From Cenococcum geophilum (taxonomy: Eukaryota): 64,000 nucleotides of DNA. Shown here in pieces: positions 13,948-26,879 of the stretch (within the stretch, counting starts at the first letter, position 1; every line of letters begins with the position of its first letter). The translations under genes were made by a program, and so were the position numbers. The stretch lies in the NCBI GenBank assembly GCA_050273025.1, contig CP158636.1, forward strand, positions 4,526,001 through 4,590,000. Direction: 5' to 3'. The notes under the pieces are model-generated. The model searched no databases. It saw only the letters and a list, made by a program, of their open reading frames with translations, and was not told the DNA's origin.

Positions 13948-14753
13948 TTAAATACTAGTAGTAGTAATAGAAGCCTCCTCTTCCATCTTAACGTCATTAT
14001 TAATGGTATTATTAGCTCCTCCATCCCTAGAAGCATTAGTACTTCTACTAACATTCTTCTTAAAACGACGGGTACTGGAAGGACTAGCACGGGCAGGAGA
14101 CTAGTAAGGAGAACGTTTATCTTAACCTTTGTTACTATCCTTAGTATTCCTAGGTTCTAAATTAGCGTCTAAGTAGGGATTAGAGAGATATTAGCTAAAG
14201 AAGTTAATATAATTCTTAAGCGAGTTACTAGAGAAACTTACCTAGCTAAAGTAGCCCGCGTAAGAGTACGAATGTTATTATTAATAAAGACAAGCTGTTT
14301 GTATATACGCTCCTAGATACTATATATCCGAGAATATTACGTCTCTATAGTAGTGGAAACCCTTATAGAATTAAAGAGTCTATAAGCGAGGGAAGACACC
14401 TTTTGTCCCCGCCTGTTACTATTAGGATATTAGCGGAAATCTTAAATAACGCGTTAGAGCCTATAAGTCTTATATGCATAAATAGCAGAGATCTAGTATA
14501 ATTAGCGAAATCTAAAATAGGACGGAATGGGAAATACTAGGACGCAGGTCTTTCTTCTGCTGCGATAATAGGAGCACTTAGATTTGTTTTTGCTAGAGCA
14601 AGGCATCTTATAGACGTGGGAAGGATCCTACATAAGAGCATAAACGCAGTAATAATAGCATTTTAGGGAAACTGCCGTAGGAGTAATAGACGCTGTCTAG
14701 GGCGTTACTGGGAGATTAACGATACTGCCGCCGGTCTAGGGACCACGAGCCAT
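13948..14753 (-). pseudogene. Spliced antisense accessory gene inside Gypsy C with a Zn2Cys6-like Cys cluster; RIP-inactivated
   Basis: ATG at 14753. Introns 14493-14537 (GTATTT..GCTAAT..TAG) and 14195-14241 (GTAAGT..ATTAAC..TAG) give one 238-codon frame ending at TAA 13948. All internal stops are TAA/TAG. Exon 1 reads KCYYYCVYALM*DPSHVYKMPCSSKNKSKCSYYRSRRKTC. Confidence 0.7.
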
Positions 14754-15755
14754 TGTAAGAGAATACTCTAAGAAGTTAGTATTATTATAAGAAGATAAGG
14801 TGGGAATCCTATTGCTTATAGACGTGTTATAAGAAGAGAATAAAGCAGCTATAAAAGAATAGCTGGAGACACGGAAGCTAAAAGCGGAGATATAAAGGAA
14901 ACAGTCTGCTAAAAGATGAGATAAATGGTGTTATTAATGAAAAGACGCGTAAGAGGCGATAGCTTATAAATTGGAAGAAAATTAAAATAAAGACGTTATC
15001 ATTAGAATCTATTTTAGGTAAATAGGGATAGTAGCTTATAGACGTATTATACAGGACAACCTCTAGATTAACTTATAATAAACTCTTATAATAAGAAAGG
15101 TGAATCCCATCCAATTTTTATTATTATTATTTTAGTTCTATTATAAAGGTATTATAGGGAACTATGGTGGGAAAAGAGCAGAGGAATTAAGGATAAAGTA
15201 AGGTTCCACGCTAGTAAAGGATTAGCTATAAGCCGCATTATAGAGTACCTTTCTACTAAGAATTTCCCTAGTAGTTTTAGCCGGAACTCTATAAAAGCTT
15301 AGTAGAGGCGAAGTCTTAGAGAACTAAGACCCTTAAAGGGGAGGCAATTGTAACGGAATTCCCTAGAAGGTATATATTAGATGAGATAGAAGAAGGTCTT
15401 ATCTATGTTTTAGAAGGAGGTCTTATCTATATTCTAGAAGGAGGTCTCACCTATGTTCCATCTACGTCTTAGAAGACATGGTTAGACAGATAAGGGGTAA
15501 AGGGTTTTACTAGCGTCTTAGAAAGATTATATAGGGAGCTGGTTCTCCTCTAGAGAAGAACTAGCGATTAGTCTCTGAATAGAAGTGGTTAGAAGCATTT
15601 GTCCTTTAATACGTGAAACTCATTCTACCTTTAACTTACCTTCTATTTACCTTTAACTTACCTTCTACTTACCGGTGACACTGTTAATTAGATAATTATA
15701 CGTTCCGGTTAGGCTGGCCTCTTACATATTAGTAATTTGCCCTATGTTTCTAATA

Positions 15756-15764
15756 CTAATTAGT
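15756..15764 (+). other. Palindromic site immediately after the Copia B 5' LTR, in place of a tRNA PBS
   Basis: A|CTAATTAGT (de-RIP ACTGATCAGT); the identical motif follows the 5' LTR of the second Copia at 56259-56267. Confidence 0.7.
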
Positions 15765-18700
15765 GGTTGAATATATAGTTAACTATAGAGTAGCTAGGTT
15801 ATTAATAGAAGAGATAGTCTCGTATAGGGGTACTATATACGCTTATATAGAATGGATCCCGGCGATACTATGCTACCTTAAACTTGCGGAAAACTAGTAA
15901 TAGAAGTGTTACTAAGTACTAGGAGATACTAAGTTACGTCTATTATATAGAACAATTACGTTTATAAAGATTTGGTTAAGTACTTTAGGTTAGAAGTATT
16001 ACTAAACCTAAGGTCTTAAGTCAACGTCCGAAACGCGTTAAATAACATCTTAAATTGCCTACCTTTGGACAGTAAACCTATAAGATCCTATAAAACCGAA
16101 AATCCTACCTACCTTTAACGTATAATACCTTGTCGATTCTACCTACTATGGCATTAACCTATCCGAAGAAGTATAAGAAAGATATTAACCCAGAGATATA
16201 GGATAGAGCCATAACTAACTTTATAACCGCTAAGCAATAGGACCTAAATAGATTCTTAGTATACCGTATAGAATACTATAAAGATAGCGAATATAATAAT
16301 ACCGCGCTATAGTATTATATAAAGGAGGACTTTATTAAATAGATAAAGGAAACATAGGTTCTTATAAATAAAGATATTATGCGGGACTTCCGTAACTTCC
16401 TTTAGGAGTATAAAGTATTTATCTCTATAAATAGGGGTAATATTAGGGATAATATTTAGGAACATGTTATTAATATAAAAGAAGAGCATAAATAGACTCT
16501 ATAAGAGATTAAGCACTAACTACGCACTATAAAGAAGCTTAAATTATAATAGAACCTAAGTAATACACCACTAGAGACACGTTTTAACTCTATTACTCTA
16601 GGCACGAGTTCTAATATTCTATATCTATCGCCTCCACCTCTATCTTTAACTCCCCTATATTAACCAGCTTAACCTATAGCCTTAATTAATAACCCCTAAC
16701 AAGCGCAAGATCCCCTTACTTTGCGGTCTAATAACCTTTAAACTCCACCAACTAGATTTACGTTACTATTGCAGCCTATAATATAATGCAGCTAAATACC
16801 AATTAAAGGCACCTTAAAAATGCTTATAGAGTTTATAAAGCTCTATTTAGAATAAGAAAAGAAGTTTAGCGGAGAACTGTATAATATCCTTAATTTAAAG
16901 TTACGTATCTTCTACGACTATTGCCAGAAGGTTAGACTAGAACCCAATTAATACCATATTACTTATTTAGTTATGCTTAAGGGCCGAGCTAGTACCTTCT
17001 ATTATAATTATTTAGTAGAAAAAGGATACGATTTTAACCAAATAATATATAAAATAAGATGCTACTTTAAAACAGAGGAGAATAAGCAGCAGTATATATT
17101 GGAGTGGAGAGAGACTACCTTTTTAAGAATTATTGCTATAAACCTAGGTGCCTTTTAACTCGATTATCTTTAAAAGATCTTTAATTAACTCTAGATAATT
17201 TAGCGTAGTTTATCCAAATTATATTAAGAGGACTTCAGCCTACGCGATTAAGTTATTAGCGCATACTAAGGTGTTAAAGAATATAACCTTACTCTTTTTA
17301 ACCCTATAAGTACTTATAAAGGAGTATATACTTAATTAAGATCCTCTATTAGTACCGCCCTACGCTCTTAAGAAGTATAGCAATTTAACGCCTAACTCTA
17401 ACCTACTTTAATCGACCTGGCTAACCAATATAATTATAACTAGACTAATTAAATATATAGTAGTCGTAGCAGGGGATACGGTAGAGGGTATAATTAACGT
17501 TAACTATAAAGTAATTATAGAGGTCCTTATAGAGGTTTATTTCGTAACAATTAATAGAAAAAATGCTACGTTTATAAGAAGCCAAATTACTAGTTAACTA
17601 AATACCCCCTTAATAGACAAAAGGATGCATATAATAAGTTTCGCTAGAGCGCATAAAACGTTAGAAACTAAGAAGTTACTATAGCCTACTTTTAAAGCTT
17701 CCTGGTTTAATATAAAGGCAAAGAAGATCTTAAGGGTGAGATTAACGAGGCTAAATAGCTCCTTATAGATATAAAAATTAAGGACTACTTTCCTAACTAA
17801 TACTTCACTAAGTATGGTAAGGTAAATGGCATATAAACCATTGCTGTCCTTAATAACCAATCTACGCTCTATTCTATTATAAGGTTAGATATCTTTAATA
17901 AGCTAAAGGAAAGTTCCGCATTCTCCTTTAACGATAAATACTTAGCGAACGTCTTTTATAGTATTATGCCAGATACTAGAGCCGTAGGAGTATCTATAGT
18001 AAGAGAACCTTAAGTCCGAGCTCTTTAGCAGCTTAATAGTTCTATTTAGATTAACTAATTAACGGTAGGCTAATATATAATTTGCTTTAGTAAGGGTACT
18101 ATAATCTCTCTCGGCATAATTAAGGTCTAAACCCCGTTAGGATATATCACTTTCTATATTATTCCCGTAAATACCTTATTCCTATTCTGCATCTAAGATA
18201 TAGATAAATTAGGCGTTAAGCTTAACAATCTTAAGAATATACTTGTTTAGGGAGATAATTAGGTACCCGTTATACGCAAGTAGGGTTACCCTTAGTTACT
18301 CCTTTAATAGCTAAAAAGGAGCGTTGCTTAAAGTTACTTAATTAAGTTAGAGCTACGTTAACTATATCGTTGTTTTAGCCACCTATCCATTTACTAACTA
18401 CTTAGGGTTTTTTAATAAGTAGGTTATAAAGTTAAGGTTAAGGCGATTAAATATCTTATAAAGTACTGCTATTACTACTAAATAAACTAGAAGTCCCCTA
18501 GCTAATTTAAGTTTACCCTTAAAGATAACTACAACTTTAACTTCTATATTATTATAGATATTATATATCTTAGCGGTAAGCTAGTACTCTAAGTTATTAA
18601 CTTCTTAACCTTTTTCTAAGCCGCACGCTTTTTAAAAGATATATTAGCTAGGAACGTATAGGATACTCTTTAATTATACTAAATTAATGTCTACCTAGGA

Positions 18701-21700
18701 CCCCCTAATTAAATTATTTATAATATAGGAAAGAACTTCTTATTTATAGAGTTTTAATAATAGGTAAAGGCAATAACAATTAAGGTTAAGGAAGTCTCCG
18801 TTAAGGCATATAATAGTATTAGAAAGATAAAACGATACTATACGCTATTACGCCGCGTATATAAGATTATTTCTTTAAAACTAGAGGGTGCTAGTAAAGA
18901 GCTTATCCTATAGATGGCTATTAAGGCTATTAATAATACCGCTAGCCTAAATAGGCTTATACCTATATTGCTAGTCTTTGGCGCCTACCCTTAAATAACT
19001 AATAATTTTCTACTATCTCCCTCTATTATATAACGAGCTAAGGCGATTTATAAGGTAATAAAGGAGGTATAATATATCTACGCTACGCGCTAGGTTAATA
19101 ATATACTAGGAATAAGAAATAGCCTAAATACCTTAACTACGCTTAATCTGCCACTCTAATCTAAGGTACGCGTATAGCGTAAAAAGGGAGGATAGTTAGG
19201 CCTATATAAACTTATTATAATTAATAGTTAGACTTATACTCTTTAGATGCCCTATAAACCTACTTAATTCCGTTTAACTATTATTAAGCTTTACTATAAA
19301 GATAATAGTTCCGAGCCTTTATAGGATACCCCAAAAGATACCCTAAGAGATGCCCTAGAGGAGAACCATGATTAACGTGCCCTAAAAGGCGACTACGACC
19401 CCAATATAACTATAGTAGATACGCCGCAACTATGACGCGGTAGAGGTCGCCTAAAAGGATCACGAAACCGCTAACACCTTATCAATTTTAAAGAGCAACT
19501 TATTGCCGCCATTAAGAATAAAGTTAAGCTGTCGATGGCCTTTATAACAGCTAAAGAGAAGGCTAACTTTAAGCTCGCAAAACAGCTCCAAAAGGAAGGC
19601 CGTATTATAACTCTAAGAGCTCCTTTCTAAGCATCTAATAAGCAAGAGATTGACGGTCTTATTATAAGAGAAGTCTTTAAGTTTAAGAAGTATAACCCTA
19701 CTAAGTTTAATAGGGTTCGTATATTTAGGTTAAAAATAGTTAATAAGATTAAAGGCAAAGCTACTAATACCCCATTTGAGAAGTTAAGGCTAGTTATTTA
19801 AGGTTATAATGATAATAGTAAGGAAGTAATTCTTACGTAATCCTTTATAATTTAACGAGCTAGTTAGCAAGTTATTATTGCGCTAGCTCCCTCCTTAATA
19901 AAGAATGGAATAGCGGTTTATTTATAAGATATTACCTAGGCCTATACCTAATCAGAGATACGCCTTTAGCGCTTAATACTAGTATACCTTCTAGAGCAAA
20001 TTCGCCACTAATATCCCGAAGATATAATTATGGTTATACTTAAGCTACTATATAAAATTGCAGAGGTAGGAACTTATTAGTAGGCTACTTATAGCAAGCA
20101 CCATAAAGAGAAGCTTTTAATAACTACTTTTATATTTAATCTCTGCTTCCTTATTATAACTATAAGAACTCTATTTAGAATCGTTAGCATATAAACGGAC
20201 GATATAATTATCTTAGAAGACGACCAATTCTTAGCTCTTAAAGAAGATAAGCTAGTAAAGGTAAATTTTATAGTAAAGCCAAAGGAAAGACTTAATTTAA
20301 TAACACTATTACTCTTTAATAGATGCATTATTTCCCTAAATAAGGATTCTATTACCCTACGCCAGAAAGGTTAAGGCAAGAAGATTAACGTTATTAACGT
20401 TAATTCTCTAAAGCAAGGATATATAGAGCAACGCGCTTATAGAGCTTATATAGCTTCTATCTATTAACCCAAAGCTTCCTTTAATCTCTCTATTGCCGCT
20501 TAACACTAAGAACCAACTAAGGAGGATATCCTTGCCCTGAATAAGCGTCTTTTCTAGTAAAGGAGCTATCTTGATTAAGGACTGCTCTATATACCTATTA
20601 ACCTTCCTACCACTAAGCTTTTCGTATTTATTAATAGATCGTTTATAAATAATAAAGATTTTAGCTCCTAGCTAGAATATAAGATTATTATCGCGAATAA
20701 ATCTACTGGAGAGAGTGACTTTATAATCTATGGTAATCTTATTTATTAGAGCTTAACTAAGAGTAAACGCGTTACTTAAAGCGTTCTAGCATTAGAGATA
20801 TATAAAATAGTCAACGGAGTTAATATGGCAATTGCAATTAGAACTACCTTAAAGATAATTATAGATCGACTTAAACTCCCCGTTATCCCTATAATTGTAT
20901 ACACCGACTTATATTCCCTCTATAAATATTTAGTTAAGCTTAGTACTATAAAGGAGAAGCGCCTTATAATTAATATTATAGCACTATAGCAATCTTATAA
21001 GCATTAAGAACTCTTTAAGATTTAATAAATTAATAGCTAAGATAACCTAGTAGATATAATAACGAAGGCAAACCTAAATAAGGCACTAGAGACGTTTGTT
21101 AACACGAATACTCTATATATATAAGTTAAAAGGGAGTAAAAGATACGGCGAGGGCCGCTAAGGCGCTAGTAGTAAGCGAGCTAATAGCGATTTTCTATCC
21201 CGGGGATAGAAAATCGTGATTAGTTAGTAGAAGTCTGGGTCAGTAGAATAAGGCGTATTACCTACCAAATTCTGCTATAATCTGCCCACGGTTATATTAT
21301 TATATACTATCTATTTATATATAAATAGTAACTATAAAAAGAAGAGTTGCTAGTGTCGGGAATAAGGCAATTTGCCCTTATATGCGGTATATTGCCGTCA
21401 CGTAAGGCAACTTGCCGTCACGTGCCGTCGCGGCACTAGCGTGGTAAGGAACCTTAAATTCCTTACCCTCCCCTATCTAGAATAACAACCTTTTCCATCA
21501 CTATATCTACTTAAGTAGTATTAGTGATTTGCCCTATGTTTCTAATAAATTACCTAGGAAGTTAATAGTAATCTAAAAAAAAGCCCCCTATAGAGATCTT
21601 AGGCCCTATATAGCTATAAAGAATAGTAAGGGATATTAGACGTTATACTAAACTAATAGATTAGAGGGATAACTTGCAAAAAATAGAATAGGGGATAAGA

Positions 21701-23966
21701 AAGATTATAAACCCTAAATTGTAAAATATAGTCTAGTAAACGGCTATAAGAAAACCTACGGACCTCCTACTAGTCGATATCTACTATACTAGCGCTATAT
21801 AATTCTACTAGAACTTAGCCTAGCCTAATACTATTACTTTTATAACTAGCTTATAAAAAATTAACTAAATATTTAAGGGGAAAAAAAGTAAACTTAGCGG
21901 ATAGAAAGGTAAGCTTATAGATAAGGAGCTAGTAGAATAGAAACTACCCTATTAACACTAGAAGTTTAAGGATATATTCTTTAAGCTAGCGTCTAATAAA
22001 CTCCTGCCTTACTAACCGTATAACTATAAGATTAAGATTAAGCTAAATAAGGAAAACACCCTTAGCTTTAGCCCTCTTTATTAGTGGTTTACTACTAAAT
22101 TATAGGCTATAAAGTAGTACCTTATTAATAACCTAAATAAGGGCTTTATTAAGCCTAGCTAAGCCCCTTTTAACTTACTTATTTTCTTTACTAAAAAGTT
22201 AAATAAAGGACTCCGTTTTTATATTAATTACTATAAGCTAAATAATAGAACCCGCAAGGACCGTTATCTACTACCCTATGTAATAAGATACTAGCCCAAA
22301 TAAGTAAAGCTAAGGTCTTTATAAAGCTTAATATCCGCTAAGCCTTCTACTAAATTAGGATAAACCCTAGCTTTAAGGACCTTATTATATTTTAGACCTA
22401 TTATAGGATATATAAATATAAGGTATTACCTTTTAGGCTAACTAACGGACTGGCTATATATTAGCGGTATATAAACGATATACTTTTTAATTACCTTAAT
22501 AACTTTTATACGGCCTGCCTAGATAATATTATAATCTACTCTAAAAATAAGCTAGAATATAAGAAGTACGTCTATAAAGTCCTCTAATAGCTCTATAAGG
22601 CTAGCCTCTAGGCTAATATTAAGAAGTTAAAGTTTAGTATTAAATATATAAAGTACCTAGGGTTTATTATTAGTATAGATAGAATTAAAACCAACCTAGA
22701 GAAAACGGCTATAATTACTTCGTAAGCACCCCTATAGACCGTAAAGGGGGTATAATTATTTCTAGGTTTCTGCAACTTCTACTAACGCTTTATTAAGGAC
22801 TATAGTAAGATTACTAGACCCCTTAACCGCCTTACTTAAAAAGACTAGCCCTTTTACTTTAACGCCATATATAGGCAGGCCTTTAACAAGCTTAATAAAC
22901 GGCTAGTCTTGGCTCTACTACTCGCCTACTTTAACCTAGAACGGCCCTTAATACTAAAAACCGATGCCTTAAACAGTGTTATAGCTGCTGTTTACTCCTA
23001 AAAGTGGCCGGATGGGAAATAATACCCTATTACCTACTATTTAAAGACTATAGTAGATGCTAAGCTAAACTACTCAATTTATAATAAGGAAATGTTAGCT
23101 ATTATCTCTAGCTTTTAGCACTAGCAAGTATAGCTAAAAGGGACCCCTAGGAAGTTTTAGATTACTAAGCCTTAGAATATTTTATAATAATAAAGGCCCT
23201 TATAGCCCGGTAGGCGTAATAGGCAGACATTTTATTTTAGTTTAACTTCTTAATTATATATAGGCTAGGCGTAATAAACTATGCGGATGCTCTTATAAGG
23301 TGTAAATAGGACCTAGATAACTAGGTAGCTATAAAGATCTTATTATAAACCTAAACGCTTCTATAACTAGAATATCTTAATCCCTAAATATAGATAAAAC
23401 TAAATATAGACTCTATAAAACTTAACCTTATTAATAAACTACTATAGGTAAACCGTACGGCCCCCTCTCTATAGGAGTACCGTAAAAAGATAGAGGATAT
23501 TACTAGCCTATGGTCCTTTAAAAAAGAACTGCTTAAGCACTATAAATGGTTAGTAGTAGTAGAGGAATAGAACTTATAGACTTAGCTTATCGCCAAAGTA
23601 TATACCTAAGTCTTTATAGCCTACCCTAAAAAGAATAAGACCCGTAAAATTATTAGTAAATAATACTATTAGCCCGGAATAGTTATAGATATTAACCGTT
23701 ATATACGGAACTATAACAACTACTATAGGTCTATAATTCCATAAGATAAAACCCTAGGACTATTAAAACCTCTCTAAATACTAGAACGCCCTTAGTAGTA
23801 TATCTTTATAGACTTTTATAAACCACCTCTAGACCATAACGAGTATAATATAGTTATAATTCTAGTTAACCGCTTTAGTAAGCGCCTATTCTTAATCCCC
23901 TATTATAAAAATATTAATACTAAAAAGGCGGCCTAACTATATATCTACTACGTCTACCAGATTTAT

Positions 23967-24159
23967 TGTCACGGGACGGAGTTAGTGGCTACAGAGCGTA
24001 TATATTTGAGGAGTGTACAAGACGTTGCGCGATCGATCGTAAGGGTCGAGGGCGTAAGGAGGTGATATATCTACGCGTAGCTGACATAAGCTGTACGCGA
24101 GGTGTACGCGAGAGCACGGGGCTCTCCTATGGAGGCCCCTGCGGTAGGGTTCCGTGATA
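23967..24159. mobile_element. Solo LTR (193 bp) inserted in the integrase region of Gypsy A
   Basis: TGTCACGG...CCGTGATA termini; TSD TTTAT at 23962-23966 and 24160-24164. Confidence 0.88.
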
Positions 24160-24922
24160 TTTATAGACTACTAAATACTATCGTATTTAATTATAGGCCG
24201 TAGTTTATATTAGCCTTTTAGAACAAGTTTACCTAGATCTTAGGTATTAGGCTAAAGCCTTTTATAGTATATTACCCCTAAATGGATAGTTAGATAAAGA
24301 TTATAAATTAATACTTAGACTAGAGACTTTAGCCCTTTATTAACTACTTCTAGGATAACTAGGCTAAACTTCTATTTTTAATAGACTATGCCCAAGTAAC
24401 CTTACCCTATAACTTTATAGGATTTGCCCCTATCTAACTAAAAATAGGCTACTTACCCTATATAAGCTTTAACTAGAACAGACTAAAAGGACCCTAAACT
24501 ATATATAAAAAACTATCTTATAAGGAAGCTTAGTAGTACGCTAAGTGCTTAAAAAAAGCCTAGAAATTAATAAAATAGTAGGTAAATAAGTATAGGCGCG
24601 AGCCTGACTTTACCGTAGGTAATGTAGTTTAGGTTATAATAAAGAACTAAAAGATAAAACGGCCTAGCTATAAGCTAAACTATTAAATAGTAGGACCGTA
24701 TAAGGTCCTTAAAAAGATTGGTAACTTATATAAGTAAAGCTCCTAGATTTAATAAAGGTTTATACTATTTTCTTACTAAATAAGCTATAGAAGGCCGCGG
24801 ACAACCTATTACCCAGATAAAAAATAAACCTCCCTTACCAATTTAAGTTAATAGCAACAATAAATAGGAAATTAAAGAAATAATAGCCTATAAACTAGTA
24901 AGAAGAACGCGAAAGTACTATA

Positions 24923-25292
24923 TGTCACGGGACACCCCCGTAACACCTTACACACGTCCACCCGTTTCCACCGACTCAGCAATTAGAGACCAACCGCGAA
25001 ATGGCAATCTAACGGCAATCTGATGGCAATCTAACGGCAATCTACGGCATTCTGCCATATTCTGCCAAGTTCCACCAAATTCTGCCAAGTTTTGCCAGGA
25101 CCACGACCTAAACCCTATTCTGCCCATGCACGTATTAACTAAGCAACTAAGTCAACGATATATGCCCTTTCTTCCCGTTTTCCTACCTTCTTTCCTTACG
25201 TAACGTCTTAACCTCCTTATATAGTCTATATACATAGCTTAATAATATCTACCTTGCTATATATTATCGCCGCTTATACTTACTCCGTAATA
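24923..25292 (+). mobile_element. Solo LTR (370 bp) inserted in the chromodomain of Gypsy A
   Basis: TGTCACGG...CCGTAATA termini; TSD CTATA at 24918-24922 and 25293-25297; internal tandem repeats GGCAATCTAAC and TTCTGCCAAG. Confidence 0.88.
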
Positions 25293-26879
25293 CTATATTA
25301 GTTAGAAAGGCTATAACCTAAACCCTACCTAGTACCCTATATAGAACTTTATTAGTAATCCCTATAAGCTTTAAAAATTCTATAGCTATTACCCTAATAA
25401 ACTAGGACCCCTAAAGTACCTAGATAAGTAAATAGTATGCTAATATAGTAAAGACAATAAGCTACTAGAAGAACATAAGGATAAAAACACCCTATAGGTA
25501 TAATATGGACTACAAAGCCTAAGGGCAGGCTTTTGTAGAGGGGGGGTAATATTACAGTACTAGCAAATTGCCACAGATTGCCGTATATTGCGGTCACGTG
25601 ACGCGAAGATTATATAAAACATCAAGCGGCGCTACTCTTCTTCTACTTTCCTTTCTCTAGTTTTAGATTCTCGTTTATAGAAAATCCACTCGTACAGGCT
25701 TGCGCGTCCCTCTTACCGTGCTCGTGCCTTAATTGACTAAGTCGCTAACAATGGTCGCTTAGAGTTAATCGCTATAGAAAGGGATTCTTTAGTAGTAAAA
25801 GAAGGTTATAGCGCCCGAAGCTATATCTAGGCCTTAAAAAAAGGTCTTATACTAATCTATAAGCCTCTAATCTATATATTAAAAGTTATAAGGGAGTAGT
25901 TAGAAAAGCATAGCGTTTAGACCCTAGATTTCCCTCTCTATTTACCTAATTTAAACCTAATTAAATACCTTTAGCTGGCACTAAAAAAAGAAAATCCTTA
26001 AGCTTTATCTAGAGCTTAAATAGATAGGATAAAGTATAGAGGATCTAGAGCGTTTAATTAAAGTATATAAGAAGGTGTAGATAGCCCTTAATTAAGGCCT
26101 TATATAACGCTTAATTAATAGTATAGGGTAAAGGCTAAAGGTAGTAAGAGGGGCAGGTGGCTAGCAGATAAAGTATTAACTATAATTAAATAATCTACAT
26201 ACTGATTTCGCTATATTTGATTGCTACGGCGTTATAAAATTGTTTAAAGTTGTGTCGATTTTGGTAAGAATTCACGTATTAGGAAATGAATGTCTTGGCA
26301 CTATAGACAGCGTTAATGCCTTAAGTTAATTAGCTTATTAAGCTGCTCTATAGTAATAACGTCCTATATAGCCTTTATAGCCTTATAAAGCCGTAGGTAA
26401 GTTTATATCCGCTCTTTATACCCACGCTTAATCTAATCCTTTATCTAGTTCCAGATCTTCTTAATTAAATTAAAATTAGGGCTAAATATAGACTAGAATA
26501 TAATAATAATAATAATTCATTACTTAACGTCCGATTTAGATCCCTATTAGGCCCACGCAGACTACTCCTTATTTACATATAGGGAGAAAACTCTATTTAA
26601 GAAAAATGAGAAAACCCTATAATCCATCTCCCCGCCTTTTAGGACTCGCCTATTTAGCGCCTATAAGTCGCCTATAGTGCTCTACTACCTTACTATTTAA
26701 CCTCCTTAGGAACCACTGCTGCCGTAATAAGCCTATAGACGCGCTAGTATTACAAACTTTTACTCTACTACTGTAGAGTTACTAGGGGGCACCTACTGCT
26801 CGCCTCCTTACCTTCTATTACCATTTTCCTTGTAACCCGGAACTGATTTAGCATATTTTAACTAATAAGCCACTAGGTA

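Larger units (their letters stand above)
7940..15726 (+). mobile_element. Ty3/Gypsy chromovirus C, full length 7.8 kb, RIP-degenerate (LTRs 7940-8317 and 15349-15726)
   Basis: Paired 378-bp LTRs TGTAACGG...CTTACA, TSD TATTA (7935-7939, 15727-15731) and PPT AAAGGGGAGG. Gag zinc knuckle YYNCGKKGYISRFC (~9435), protease LMDSGAS (~9635), RT MPFGLTNAPA and VYLNNI (~10570-10670), RNase H TDISGFALG, integrase ELTMDFI, GPF motif and chromodomain EWNIEDILD..FLVR*EEY (~13215-13320). Confidence 0.95.
7770..21547 (+). mobile_element. Ty1/Copia element B (GalEa-like), RIP-degenerate; 5' LTR 7770-15755 interrupted by element C, 3' LTR 21354-21547
   Basis: LTR TGTCGGGAATAAGGC...TCTAATA with TSD AATTA (7765-7769, 21548-21552). 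Domain order protease (IMPDT ~17965), integrase (~18360-19300), RT (DIT*AYT ~19930; TDD ~20195), RNase H (~20625) is Copia-type. Palindromic CTAATTAGT follows the 5' LTR. Confidence 0.9.
5604..25750 (+). mobile_element. Ty3/Gypsy chromovirus A, full length, RIP-degenerate (LTRs 5604-5804 and 25550-25750)
   Basis: Paired 201-bp LTRs and TSD ATGGT (5599-5603, 25751-25755). PPT GAGGGGGGG precedes the 3' LTR. Gag/protease remnants lie at 5900-7760. RT (LDNII ~22520), RNase H (KTDAL ~22960), integrase and chromodomain remnants lie at 21550-25500. Confidence 0.93.
4670..26303 (+). mobile_element. Tc1/mariner (impala-sized) DNA transposon, RIP-inactivated, split by ~20.4 kb of nested LTR insertions
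   Basis: Left TIR TA|CAGTGCCAAGACATTAGTTTCC at 4670. Right TIR GGAAATGAATGTCTTGGCACTA|TA ends at 26303. TA target duplication. Transposase remnants: N-terminal HTH-like MQRSF..ELSEVARAKI from ~4758, and LDFPLYLPNLNLIKYL*LALK at ~25925-25990 (degenerate WPPxSPDLNPIExLW). Length without inserts is 1262 bp. Confidence 0.9.
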
